Assembly: GCF_006345805.1 (NCBI RefSeq)
Contig: NC_042999.1
Span: forward strand, 137,640,001 to 137,704,000
Direction: 5' to 3'
DNA: 64,000 nt
Source of the DNA: Octopus sinensis
Lineage: Eukaryota
Position 1 is the stretch's first letter, and every line of letters starts with the position of its first letter. The position numbers were made by a program, and so were the translations under genes. The notes under the pieces were generated by a model that saw only the letters and a list, made by a program, of their open reading frames with translations, made no database searches and was not told the origin of the DNA. Of this stretch, positions 37,143 through 50,284 are shown piece after piece.

Positions 37143-38397
37143 CAGGGTGTTCAGGCTAAATTTGTCAATTCTTTATGTCTCCTATATTCAGAAAAGGTGT
37201 TAAAGAGCATAAAGACTAAAGTTGTAGTTGAGAAAAAGTTAGCTGATATGGTAGGCTGGAAGTAATCTGAATATTAGAAAAAAAATTACATGTATCATGA
37301 AGATTTGTGCTGGATATCAAAATGTCAACATCATAATTGCTACTCAATGCTTTGTGAACACCGTAAAGGCTGTGAGACATGACATGAGCAGCTGCAATGG
37401 AGACTACAAAGCCTGGCCAACAGGAAGGGACACAGCAGATGTTCTGATTGCATACGCATGCCTGAATTCATTCAACAACTGCAGGACAAGGTCATGAAAG
37501 ATCCAAGTAAGGGAATCTACACTTTGGTGAGAGAGATGGGTATTGGAGTTTCCACCATGAAGCTGGCCCTGGATGAGGACCCTCACTACCACTCATACAA
37601 GAGATGCAAGGGATAAATTCTGACAGCCAAGGCCAGGGAGAACTGATTGATGAAAGCAAAGAAGCTCCTAACTGAGGCATCCTGTTGAGCCTAGGATGAT
37701 CTGGTTCTTCTCAGATGAAAATAACTTCTGCCAAGGTCAGTTGCACAACACCCAGAATAACAGGTGACTTACCTACAATTCATGTGATGTCTCACATATC
37801 ATGAAAAGCAAGTTCCCCCAAATTGTGATGGTCTTTGCATGTGTCTCCAGTCAGAATGATGTCATGCTGCCTCACATCTTTCAGTAGGGCCTTAGGCTCA
37901 ATTCAGACAGTTCTGTGAATCTGCTAGAGACTGTGGTCAAATTCTGGCTGGAGAGGGTTGCTGCTGGAAGGCCATATGTATGGCAGCAGGTTTTGGCTCT
38001 TTGCAAATACCTCCAGAAAGTGTCAGAAGTGTTTGTCAGAGAATTTCCACAACTTTGCCAGCCCCAATTTCTGACCTCCAAATTCCCTTAATTATAATCC
38101 CATGGATTATTATGTACTGGGGCTACAGTTGAGAAATACACCAACTGCTCTGCCCACAATACTGCAATACTAAGGCCACGGAGGTGTTGAAGATCTTCCC
38201 AGGGATACAGTAAGGAACACATGCACCAGGTTCTGGAGCTGTCTTGAGGCTGTGGTGGAACCTGAGGATTACTACTTTGAGGAACTAGGCATAATCTAGT
38301 TGATATTTTTTGACTTTTTTTAATGCTTTTATTTTTGGATGCGATATTGTTTTCTTTTCCTTATTTGCAAACTGTCAAATTTAGCTCGAAGACTCTG
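37143..38397 (+). mobile_element. Tc1/mariner-superfamily element (maT/DD37D-like), full length, decayed, TA TSD
   Basis: TIRs CAGGGTGTTCAGGCTAAATTTGTCA / reverse complement CAGAGTCTTCGAGCTAAATTTGACA, with TA on both sides. Fragments: IWFFSDENNF, KFPQIVMVFACVSS, GLRLNSD, AGRPYVWQQ, MDYYV, CTRFWSCLEAVVE. Confidence 0.85.
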
Positions 38398-40387
38398 TAT
38401 GTTGGCAGAACAAATTGCAGTGAATGCTAGAACTAAAATATCTGTAATAAAATGAATGCTATGTAACTATTTTAATAATTGAGACACTTTAGGCTTTGGT
38501 CATTGTGCAATATGATTAGAGCAAGTCAGTTTGATGAAGCCATTGTATCTCTAACACATACCTATGCGATGAACTGAGTTCATCTGAGGCACTTGTCAAT
38601 TAATTGTTTCTATTATTACTTGCACTTGTAACTGTCCTTTTCATAACACTTATTGCGATTAAATGAATTATCCCACTGAATGTTGGATGTTTTGATTGGA
38701 AAGGTATAGTGCAGTATTATTGATGATATATAAACTGCTAGCTCATAAGCTACTAGTCCAACATGCAACTCAACTGTGATAGTTTAATAATAAAAAAAAA
38801 TATCTCATTTAATTTTCCCCTACTTAAATTGAAGGTTATGAATATTTTTAGAAAGGCTTTTAGTCATTTAGAACAATATAATCAATAGAAATAAAAAAAA
38901 AGCATTACTCTCAACTTGATAAAGTACCCTTCCTGACTAATAAATTCAAAAAATTTTATTGATAAATTTCAAAACAACTCACCCCAATTTCAATCTTTTC
39001 AACTTCACAGAATAGCATTGCATTGCCTTTACAAAAATACTGAAGAACAGGCTAAAAATCTATCAACACCATCATCATCATAATTATATTTAAAGCCAGG
39101 CACAGATGAAAACAAAAACCTAACTTTGAAGGAAAATGTCTGATATTTATATAACCTAAGTAGAAAAAAAGAGAATCATTAAATAATAATAATTCTCCCG
39201 AAAAGATTTCTTTTATTGCCACAATATTTTCTTAAGGTGGAAGGTTTGCCATTTTCTAAATAACCTAATTACCTATTTTCAGCCTTAAATAGAAATTGAT
39301 ACAATTTCTTCATATTTTATTCTCATCCTTAGAAGATGGTCTCCGAATTTTCTGTTTTATAGTCAGTGGTGGTGGTGATGGTGGGATACTTTCTTCCTTT
39401 TACATTTTTATTTTCTTGTTTTTTTTTTTGTTTGTAGAATTTCTCCACTCAGTAAGAATTCAGTTATAAATCTCACAACTATGTTTAAGACATCATACAT
39501 AATAACATATGTTGGTATTTCTGATTTGATACTGTCAGCCTGAGCTTATATTGTGATGTTAAAGGGGTAAGAAAGAAAGAAAGTAAAAGCAACTTGGCTC
39601 CCTTGTAATTTAATCTTCTATTGTATCTGGTTGGCATTCAGCTTGATATTTGGCAGAGCCAAGTCAAACCAATGATATTCATTTAACTAGAAAAGTTTTT
39701 TGTATTTTTTATCAGTGCTCTTCTCAAAATAGAATCTAAAGAATATTCTATTTATCAAGAAACTCAAAAGAATTCAAGCTGGTTTTATAGCTATAACACT
39801 ATATAGTTACAAACTAATAAAACTGTACATAACACTCTGAATATAACATTTAATCTATACAAAACTCTCAATCAGTAAACAGCAGTCTTGTGTTAGAAAA
39901 ACAAAGAAAATAGTTGGGTTTTTTTGCACTAATCTACTCTAGAATTCTTATCAAATTCCATTCTCTTGATGGAAATCAACAAAATATAAGATGTCTATGT
40001 AATTGAAATAAAGAAAACTGAGTCAGACATAACAATTATTTAATTGTAAATCAATTCATATGGGTAGCAGTGTAATATGGTTGTACAAAGAGTTCAAACA
40101 GTGGAATTAAAGTTATACCATAAGGAAGAAGTTCAGACAGGAACCTTCATCAGAGAGAGATGAAATGTGCATTGGTATTGCAGGATAAACATTATGATTA
40201 AGGAGAGTAAGGAATACTTTTAGCAATGAAGAATGAAGAGGAGAGAAAGGTAACAAGTGTTTTTATTGGAGGTGCAATGGGCAAAACCAAGAGAATGCTA
40301 GCAGATTTGAAAAACACTGAGAGAAAAAGATAATGAAGGGGACACACCATACAAACATACATATATACATATAATAAAAATAAATTT

Positions 40388-40440
<53 letters not shown>

Positions 40441-40445
<5 letters not shown>

Positions 40446-41199
40446 CATATATGGGTACAGGATGTCACCAGCAGTGCAAATAACATGAAATACATAAACA
40501 AACGAGGGAAAAACAAGTGAATTACATGAACAAGGAGAAAGGAAAGGACAACACAGAGAAAAGACCCTTCATCAGTTGTCGGCTGTCTATCTACTCATTT
40601 CAAGCATTCATCAACAATATGAGTCTTCTCAGACAGTTGCTCCCATAAATTCTAAAATAAAATTCAGGATTTATGGAGGGTCAAAGTTGGGAACAAAAAA
40701 AATGACAGTGGAGACATACAAGGAAACCGCAAGAAAACAAACATGGAGGGTCATTAGACCAGAACGAGAGGAAAATAGTGAACGCTGGGAGAAACATTTT
40801 TTTTTTGAAAAGAGAAAAGAGAAAAGATAGAAGAGAGAGAGGAAAAACACATCTGTTCCTTTAAACATCTGTGCAGGAAAAGAAAGATCGTCACAAGAGG
40901 AAAAAAAAGATAGACGATGGTCACGTGTGAGCAATGAGAGAAAAAGAGAAAGAGATGGAGAGAGAAAGACAGATAGAAAATGGTGATGGAAGGAGGGGAG
41001 AAAAAGGGAATTAGAGAAGGATGGGAGAAGAAAACAGTAGAAAGTAGAGAGTCGCATCAAAAAGGTGAAGATAAACTTACATGGAAATGGATGTGTTGTG
41101 TTCAATTAAATAATAATAAATAATATATGATATATATATATATACGAACATGCATATATGGGTACAGGATGTCACCAGCAGTGCAAATAACATGAAATA
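40441..41199 (-). mobile_element. Non-coding element with identical 52-bp direct terminal repeats (probable Penelope-like derivative)
   Basis: ACATGCATATATGGGTACAGGATGTCACCAGCAGTGCAAATAACATGAAATA occurs at 40441-40492 and 41148-41199, each preceded by a microsatellite. A minus-strand CTGATGAAGG lies at about 40566-40575. The family assignment is inference. Confidence 0.5.
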
Positions 41200-42235
41200 T
41201 GTATGCAAAATAACTTCAAACCTAAAGAAATTTTTGTACGTAGTAGCGGCATTAGATAAGGACACAGCAATGAGAGTACTGGACATTTTAACCCAACCCC
41301 CAGCAACACACAAATACACCATGTTAAAAGACAGGCTGGTGGATACAATCTGGCAGATTGACCAGGAGGTGGCACCCAAGATATGGCAGGAAGAATTGGA
41401 GATTCCAAGCCTTTGGAGTTGATGGACAAGATGTTGGCATTAGTTGCCCCTGATGAGTCACCTCCTTTTCTGTTTAGGGAAATATTCCTCCGCATGTTAC
41501 TGCCCAGGTCCAGGCCCTCATAACTTAGACCGAGATCAAGGACCTGTGGCAGTTAGCAAAAGCAGCTGACAAACATCTTTTATCAAGTGGTGTTATGGTT
41601 AATGCCATAGGATCAGCCTCAAGACATGGTAGAGTTAAGCAAGACAACCTGTGCCTTTACCACATAAAGTCCGGAAAAAAGGCTATGAAGTGTAGACAAC
41701 CATGTAGCTTCAGGAAATCTTGGCAATCAGCCCCAGGAAACTCCAGGACCAATTGCCATTGAATACCCTGGTGGCCAGAAAACACAACCAACTGCTCCTT
41801 TATGTCTGCAATCGGAGCTCTGAATGTAGGTTCCTAATCGAGACCAGAACAGAAGTCAACATGGTCACCAAACAGGGGCCGCCCCATGCAAATCACACCA
41901 ACCCTTGCCAAGGAATAGTCACCAAAAAGTCAAGTAATCACTCGCATGGACAGGACAGTTAAAACGTCTTCCTGGTTCCAATGACAGTCAACAGTTCGGT
42001 GGGGAGGGAGTTATATGTAGGACACTGCTCAAGGATTTATAACAGACGAACTGTAGACAGGAACTTCACTGCAGGCTAGCTGGTCTGCAGCGAAGTTGAC
42101 TTCCAGTTAAGTGAGTTTCTATGAAGCAGGAGTTGATAGGCAGCTATCGCCCTCATGTGCTCAACAAAATAAATTTTTCACTAACACATTCTGGGTCTCT
42201 GTTAATTTTTTGTGTATAGCTTAACTAAAGCTACA
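41200..42235 (+). mobile_element. Ty3/Gypsy LTR retrotransposon, 5'-truncated and internally deleted
   Basis: gag (KFLYVVAALDKDTAMRVLDILTQPPATHKYTMLKDRL; DSKPLELMDKMLAL; LFREIFLRML), knuckle-like NLCLYHIKSGKKAMKCRQPCSF and protease start (LLYVCNRSSECRFLIET). PPT GGTGGGGAGGGAG at 41998-42010. Confidence 0.85.
42016..42235 (+). repeat. 3' LTR of the Gypsy element
   Basis: 220 bp bounded by the inverted termini TGTAG...CTACA, just after the polypurine tract. It contains AATAAA. Confidence 0.75.
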
Positions 42236-42395
42236 TCATCATCATTAAATGTCCGTTGTCCATGCTAGCATGGTTTAGATGGTTTAAGAGGGCTGGCAAG
42301 TTGAGAGGCTGCACCAGACTCCAATCTGATTTGGCATAGTTTCTACAATTGGATGCTCTTCCTAATGCCAACCACTCTGAGAGAGTAGTTGGTAT

Positions 42396-42398
<3 letters not shown>
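42236..42398 (-). mobile_element. RTE 3' tail fragment
   Basis: (CAT)n followed by TTAAATGTCCGTTGTCCATGCTAGCATGG..GGATGCTCTTCCTAATGCCAACCACTC. Confidence 0.8.
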
Positions 42399-42439
<41 letters not shown>

Positions 42440-44334
42440 TGTAAAGGTAGTGTACTGTCAGGATCATTAACACACCAAGGCAAAATGCTTGTGGGTGATA
42501 TTGTGGCCCAGGTCTTAAATATCAAAGTTACTACATCAATGACCATACTGGTACTACTGCATTATCTAGGGAGCAACTCATTGCCCTCATTTGTTATATC
42601 ACACTTTACACTCATCTTTGGAATTTATTCCTACCATCAAGTCATTGGCATAAAAGAAATCACAAATAAAGAATTGAAAGACTTCCACCCTGGTACCAAA
42701 ATGCTACAAATTGAAGAGACAACCAGAATTTAATTATTCCATTATTTACTCATGTGAGACATAGGGCTTGTACAAACATCGTTAAGCATCCTTGAATGCT
42801 ATCAGTGATGTTTAAAACATTCTGACTACAAATACAGAGATTTTGAGGGGATCCAAAGTCTTGGGTATTAAGACAATGGTGCACAAGCACTGTTTACTTC
42901 AGACTGGACAACTTATTAGAGGATCTCAAAAGTAGACATTGTATGGTGAACAGTAGACATTGTATGTAAAAATTACAACATAAAGCAAAGTTGCAATTTA
43001 AGAACTGTAATAGTTTCTTTGAAAACATTTGAAATAAGTGAGGCCAGCTGTGAAAGAAATGCTTTCAATCATCACTTAAGGAAAAGGGTGATAAAGGATA
43101 TTTTTGAAAAAGCACGCATATCTCATGCAGAATCCAAGTAAGTTACATAAAAGCATGTAATGTGTGAAATTGATGGTGTAAGTGTGGTTAGCAATATTTG
43201 TGGTTCCAAGCATTTTCCCAAGGCCAGACTTACTAGACACAACAAAGTCATCAGATGAGGCAAAAAGTTGGCTGTATGATAACCTGCATGATATCTACTT
43301 TATATATATATCTACTACACGATCACAACAAAACATTGCACAACATGCAATACATATGGAAAAGTTTGCATATTTATTGAGACACAGTGTTATACACTGG
43401 AATATACTTAGGCATGTATATGTTGCAGCTTTGTTTGCAAGGTCTGTGAAAAGATATGTAAGAGTTAAGCAAGTTTAAAGAGTCTCTTGAAAGAATGACT
43501 ATTTTGATAGTTGTTGTTGGTTCTTCCTCAGGCACAAGTAGACAGTCATCATATATATATATATATATATATACACATACATGAAAATGACCAGGGAAAA
43601 ATATGTGATTGTGTAATTGTGTTTATGTTATTTAAGTATGTATGAATGTGCACATTTATATATGTGCAAGTGTTTGTATGTATGTGTCAATATGTACATG
43701 CATGCATGCATGCGTGTGTATGTGTGTGTGTAAGTATTAGTATGATATTAGTGTGACCCTGTCACAATTTCAAACCTGCTGGTGTTTCTTTTATTTTTCT
43801 TGACTGTTAACACAAACCCTACCATATTCAACCACCTCATGTTATCTCTCTTATCCCCCTCCCTTATTCTTCACTACTATTATAATAATTTTTCTTCACT
43901 CTCATGATTCACAATCTTTTTTCCTGCAACACCAGTAAACATTTCATATCTTCCCAAGGAAAAAGTTAAACTTTTCTTTACTCTTTGACCTTTTTGTATT
44001 ATTCTTTACTCATGCAGACCATCACTAGTCCTTCACTCCACTCTCATTCTACTGTTTTACAATTTAAGGTTTGTAAGTTCTTGGTGAGCTAAATTTGTTG
44101 ATAAAGCAAACATGAACATCTACAATTTCCATATCTCCTTTTCCTTCCCCTGATGAAACTCAGCAAATCTAAATCCACTGATGCATGTCCCTTATTACAA
44201 AACACAGAAAATAATATATTTTAGATTTAACTCAATATATCTCATTTTTAAGCTATCCATTCATATATCAACATTCAAATGACATACTATTGTGATGGAT
44301 GGATGAAAGGATATCTGTATGTATGTGTGTGGGA

Positions 44335-44745
44335 GTTTCCTTCTAGTTTTAATTATTTGAAATCTTCCTGTAAAGAAGGAGTTGGTTTCTAACAAAGATA
44401 CAAATCTCTTTGAATGGAATGTAGATAACAAAAACAAATTCACATTTTAAACTTGAGAAAAGTTTTGCATATTTTTACTGTTCCACTTACACATAGTATT
44501 TGTAATATACAAACTGACTGGTTGATTTCTTTTTCTGAAAACCCTAGCTTATCCAGATTGTCACTTAGGCATTTTATTCACAAAACCAAGTGCACCAATT
44601 ATTATTGGCATTAATGTGAATTTATAATCTGGGTATAGAAGGTTTTGAAGCAATTGTTCATAGTTATCCACTTTCTCTCAATTTTCAAAGAGATATTCAC
44701 AGCAGCAAGACACCTGACCCAATGACAGTACATATTTTTCTTGTC
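44335..44745 (-). mobile_element. RLE-type (R4/Dong/NeSL-like) non-LTR retrotransposon 3' end
   Basis: AVNISLKIE/VDNYEQLLQNLLYPDYKFTLMPIIIGALGFV/CLSDNLDKLGFSEKEIN..LQILCVSGTVKICKTFLKFKM*. The PIIIGALG motif is typical of the restriction-like endonuclease C-terminus. Confidence 0.8.
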
Positions 44746-44749
44746 TGCA

Positions 44750-47280
44750 AGGCAAAACTTTGTTGTGTCTTTTGTCATAATTTTTTCACATTATGATCAC
44801 CAGTAACATGTTCAGCTAAGTATTACCTATCATGTTTTATGTCAGAATTCTTATTATTTCTGCTGTTCCATAGACACAAAAAGAACATATGTATTTTATA
44901 ACTCAATTGTAAACAATTTTAAGGTTGCCACAATTATTCCTTGTATTTGATGAGACTTTGCATTAGTTCTGTGAATTTAAAACTCTTATTACAGCCCTGT
45001 GCTATGTGGTACAGGTATTGAAGATGTCTCATGAACATTGTGCAGGAAGACAACTTTAAGACTCACTTAAATGGAGTGAATGAAACGACTCCACTCTTCA
45101 GGATCATAGTTGCAGCCAATCTCTTGCAGACCAGTGGCTGATATCACTATAGAAAGAAACGTTTCTTATCTGGAGGTAAAATAATGACTACTTCATATGA
45201 CAATAGTCAAAAAACAAAAGTATAGAGTTTGGTTGAATAAGATTCCATTCTTGAAGTGTGGAACCAAACAACTTTGGCATTTTTTTTCTTTTTTGTTTAT
45301 TCCAAACTGTAAGCCAAGTCATCTAGATCTGCTTCACATAATTTCTGTGGGAAACTAAACTACATCTGGAACAATATGAACTATCCTTCTGTTTTCATGT
45401 CACCATCTGAATTACAAAGGAACTATTGGCTGTGATCATTCTTGGTGGAACTGGCAGTGGATTTCTTCATTGTGTGGTACTGGTTTTAAGACTGATTTAC
45501 AATTTAAGTTGATCTGTAATATATTTTACTTTGTAAAATCAGTTATCATCATCATCGTCCTCATCGTTTAATGTCTGCCTTCCATGCTGGTCTGGGTTGG
45601 ACAGTTTGACTGAAAACTGGTAAGCCAGGGGCTGCAGCATGTTCCACTCTGATTTGGCAAGGTTTCTACAGCCGAATGACCTTCCTAATGCCAACCACTC
45701 CAAGAGTGTAGTGGGTGATTTTTACATGCCACCGGCATGGGTGCCATTGACCTGACACCAGCATCAGCCATAACTATGGTCTCCCTTGGCTTGATAGGTC
45801 AACACAAGCACAGTATATCGCCAAGGGTCTTGGTCACCTGTTACTGCCTCCATCAAGCCCAATGCTTGAATGGTGCTTGTTATGTGCCACTGGCATGGGT
45901 GCCATCAGACAGCACTGGCATTGACCATGACTATGATTTCACTCAGTTCGACAGGTTTTCGCAAGCACAGCATATCACCCAATGATTGAAGGGTGCTTTT
46001 AACAGGCCAGTTAAATGACACTGGTATTGACCACAATTACGATCTCACTTGACTTGACAAGTCTTCTCAAGCATGACATATCTCCAAAGGTCTTGGTCAC
46101 TTGTCATTGCTTCTGTGAAGCCCAGCATTCTAAGACTGAGCTTCACCACCTCATCCCATGTCTTCCTGTGTCTATTTCTGACACATGTTCCCTCCACCAT
46201 TAGAGTGCAACACTTCACACACCTGTCCTCATCCATATACATCACATGAGCATGCCAACACAGTTGTCTCTCTTGCATACCACATCTGATGCTTCTTATG
46301 TCCAACGTTTCCTTCAGGATGCTTACACTCTGTTGTGCATGCATACTGACATTATATATCCAGCAGAGCATACTAGCTTTATTTCTTACAAGCCTACACA
46401 TGTCCTCAGCAATCACAGCCCATGTTTCATTGCCATGTAGCCTGGCTGTTCACACACAGTCATCATACAGTCTGCCATTTCACTCTGAACGAGAGGCCCT
46501 TTGTTACCAACAGAGGTAGGAGTTCTCTGAACTTTCCCCAGCTTATTCATATTCTAGCAGCTATGCTATTAACTTGGTTACCTAGGGAACGGAAGCAATC
46601 AACTACTTCTAGTTTCCCCACTGGCATGTGAGGGAATCTATTTTCTGTATGTTTTTGGTATTTATTGTACCTGTGTAGCCTCCATACACAAGTCATCTTC
46701 CCTGTTAACTTTCCTCTGATATTGCTGCACCTCTTATGTATCTATGTTATATAAAAATAACAGTCGTCATAGTGATTTGTGTGTTCACACCAAATCATGG
46801 GGACTGCAAATGACATGCCTTTTCTTCTACTACTCATTCAGTAATTATCAGTGCACTGTATAATACACAGCAAATGTGTTAATGGTGCACTGCATTATAC
46901 ACAGCAAATATCTCATATGCAGCTCCTCTCTTGCAATGAAAATAGTACTTGTCAGTAAGTTTAATTCCCAATGATCTCATTAGGATTCTTTGGTATTGCA
47001 TGAGTGTATATTGTCCACAAATATTGCAGAAGTTGTCTGGGTGATTTACATGAGAGAATGTATTTGATGACATCCTGAATTACCACACAAGATCTGAGAA
47101 AGTAATTAAGATATGTCATGTGATATGCACATGATACATAAAAAGAAGCAAGACTATGAATAGATTTTAATGCTGAATAAATAACTAAAAGTTGATTTCA
47201 CAAAATGTGGATATGGTAGAAGAATTCTAAATACAGATTTGAAATCAGCATACCAAAATTACTTGGAAACACTTATTTGT
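44750..47280 (-). mobile_element. Chapaev3 (CMC) DNA transposon remnant, interrupted by an RTE
   Basis: Ordered motifs: NHPDNFCNICGQYTL (46879-47073), MSFAVPMIWCEHTNHYDDCYF, SVLKPVPHNEE, KLFGSTLQEWNLI, IGCNYDPEEWSRFIHS, SLKVVFLHN..SIPVPHS, CGNLKIV, FFLCLWNSR. Confidence 0.85.
45547..46745 (-). mobile_element. RTE LINE 3' fragment inserted in Chapaev3
   Basis: The ORF at 46045-46416 (EDMCRLVRNKASMLCW..RKTWDEVVK..LEKTCQVK) is followed by the 3' UTR and (GAT)n tail. A possible 5-bp TSD GTTAT lies at 45542-46 and 46746-50. Confidence 0.9.
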
Positions 47281-47309
47281 TTCCTTTTAACAAAATCTTA
47301 GTTGTCTAA

Positions 47310-47545
47310 TGAAATAAAATAGAATAATTCTTTCTAATCTTGGCACAGGGCCAGCAATTTCAGAGGAAAGGGGCATGTCAATTACATCCGCCCCAGTATT
47401 TGACTGGCACTTTATTTTATCACACCTGGAGGGATGAAAGGAAAAGTTAACTTTAGTGGGACCCGAACTCAGAACATAATGAGTCAAAAGAAATATCACT
47501 AAGCATTTCATCTGAAGCACTAATGATTCTACCAGCACACTACTT
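47310..47545 (-). mobile_element. SINE (same family as 14152 and 27921)
   Basis: GGCACAGGGCCAGCAATT..GGATGAAAGGAAAAGTTAAC..GAACTCAGAAC..CTAAGCATTTC. Confidence 0.75.
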
Positions 47546-47875
47546 TATGTAATAAAACAATAATATGAGAACTTTTAAGCATTAAATTTTTTGCTTATCA
47601 GTAGCAGTTATGTAATAAAATTATATAATGGAACCTTTAATCTATAGAAAACCCAATGAAAAACCTGCTTAGAAAACACTTTCAATAAAGAGAGTACTTT
47701 TATTACTTGTACTATCTTTCATGCTGTTTTTTATTCACCATTTTTATAATGTTAGAAGCTACAGTTTTCAAGAACATTTGTTTGAAATTTAACTTTCACT
47801 ACAAGGAAGGAGTATATGGTAAAGTAAGCCTTCAATATTGTATAAATTGGTAAAATATAAATCCAGTTACTGTCA

Positions 47876-47931
<56 letters not shown>

Positions 47932-48292
47932 TAAACTGAAGCAGAAGTAAATCTCAAATCAAATAATTTCTTACATTGACACAAGACGACACATTTGGGG
48001 TAGAAGGAATATAATCCAATCCAGCATATAACTAGAGGAATGAAAGTAAAGATAACACCAATGCTATTTAAATTTGGAATTCTTAATATTAAAATTAAAT
48101 ATTGTAATAGAGTTGTTGGTGTATCAGATAGAATACTTTGTAACATTCACTCTGGCTCTCCACACTCTGAGTTTATATCCTGCTAAATTCAACTTTGCCT
48201 TTCGTCTTTTTGAGATCAATAACGAAGTACCAGTCAAGTACTGGGGTTTATTCTCCTTCTCTCTCTCTCTGGAAGAAATTGACTGTTTACAA

Positions 48293-49018
48293 ACTTGGAG
48301 ATGAAAGTTCTCCTACACTGAACAAAGTCAAGGAAGAAGGCCTGTTTAGTTTGCTGCTCTATTTCTACCACTCCACCTACTTTCCTCAAATTAAATATTA
48401 ACATTAGTCAAAAAGAAAAAAAGTAAACATAAAAGAGTTGGCTCTTCAAAAGCAAAGATTTGAGAAAATAAGGCTGGAATTAAACATGTACACCTTATTG
48501 TTACACCTCATGTCATTTTTCTGTCTTTTTCTTACATTGGTTTCAGTTGTTGGGTTGTGACTTTGCTGAGGTACTGCTTTCTAGGGTAAAGTTTATTATA
48601 TCAACCCCAATACTTATCATATAAGACCTAGGAAGGATTCAAGTGGATATGGGTGGAATTTGAACTAAAAATAAAAAGGATGTAAACTTGAGCCAGTGCA
48701 AGAGTCCCTATATGCTTGCTCAACTTGTTAGAAATAACAGCCTAACTTCCTTCAAACCTCACTATCTTAAAAAAAATGAAGGACATATTACATGATGTAG
48801 CCCAATATATACAATACCTAAAAAAACTTAAAGGTCACAATTGCTACTTGGAGATGAAAGTTCTCCTACACTGAACAAAGTCAAGGAAGAAGGCCTGTTT
48901 AGTTTGCTGCTCTATTTCTACCACTCCACCTACTTTCCTCAAATTAAATATTAACATTAGTCAAAAAGAAAAAAAGTAAACATAAAAGAGTTGGCTCTTC
49001 AAAAGCAAAGATTTGAGA
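48293..49018. repeat. Perfect 173-bp direct repeat separated by a 380-bp spacer
   Basis: 48293-48465 and 48846-49018 read identically (ACTTGGAGATGAAAGTTCTCC...GCAAAGATTTGAGA). Confidence 0.95.
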
Positions 49019-50284
49019 TCAAAGGTCTACTCAATTAGAAGACAAACTAATGATTTGTTAACAGATTTGTGAATAGAATTAACTGGATCAAATACTGTAA
49101 CTTCAATCCTCAACAAAAATTAACAGCAAATACAGTCAATATGGAGAAGAACATGGATCAATCAAGTAAAGTTATTTTCTCCCAATTTATTTTTGTGGGG
49201 TGGGGGTTAGATTTGTAAGGAACATGAAGTATGTTTCATATTTATTTGGAAATATCATGAGCTATCACTGAAGTATGCTGATCAAGTAAGATTTTTGCTA
49301 GGATTCTATCAGGTTTGTATATCTTAATAAGAAAGAATGAAATAGATCAGAATATATGTTATAAATAGAAAACTTATGAGGGGGAAGTTTTTCTTTTCTT
49401 TTTCTTTTTTCATTAGCCCTCAATTACTTTTAGTTTATTGTACCATCCAAAGATAGGATAAAAGACAAAATGAAGTGAGAATATGTTCCTTAGAGAAGAT
49501 AGTTTCCAGATTGTTTGGAAGAAGCAGAAAGTTTGTTGGTTGGATATTGTTGAGGAGTGAAGGAAAGAGATAGAAGGGGTCAATAAATTGTATCAAAATT
49601 CATTTTGCCAAGAACTAGAATACAGTTGTGGTGGAATAAGAAAAACTTTGTTGACTGGTTTTGGGGGTATAAAATCAGTCATTGTAAAGTTAATAATTTG
49701 TTACAGCTGGAAATTTTATATGGAGAGAAAGAAGGGTAGGTATATGCTATATGGATGTAAATATATACAACCTTTTATTTTTTAATGGTAACTTCAAAGA
49801 AAGATGCTGTAGATAAGCTGTTGCAAATATGATATGGTATTTATGAATATATGCCTTCATATTCATACATGAATAATTCTTATTCTACCCTGAAAATGTC
49901 TATCAGAATATCATATGAGCATACAATTCAATATAGATATAAACATTTGAAATTATGGATTAATATGGAATCTTTTCATTCATAGAAACATTATTGTGAA
50001 CAGAAGTAAATACCAAAATGTATAAATTGGAATCAAGTTGGTATAAATAAGAAAACATTGGCTGAACCTGTTACAAATTAGTAAAACATCAAATCATAGA
50101 AATTAATTAATTCAGATAATAATTAAATCACTATTAATTAACTTGAAATCATCATTACACATTGTATTTAAATGTTCTTTCACCCAATCTTTAAATAATA
50201 TCAAAAAGCTTGTTTAAGATTGCTTGTAAATCTTGATAAAAAAAAAATGAAAATACAAACAAAAACATACAAAGTTGTACTTAC

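Noticed and set aside
40540-40620. GAAA..CTGATGA on the minus strand as a type-II hammerhead
   Set aside because: Stems I and II cannot be formed in this copy, so it is kept only as a weak hint of Penelope-like origin.
42450-43500. Possible old LINE fragments (RHNKV-like motif near 43235)
   Set aside because: Too decayed to assign by eye.
47975-48031. 57-bp minus-strand segment with a good acceptor and GTAAG donor, open in all three frames
   Set aside because: In phase 2 it would insert YMLDWIIFLLPQMCRLVS into the middle of the WSC fold. It can only be a cryptic exon unless RNA-seq shows otherwise.
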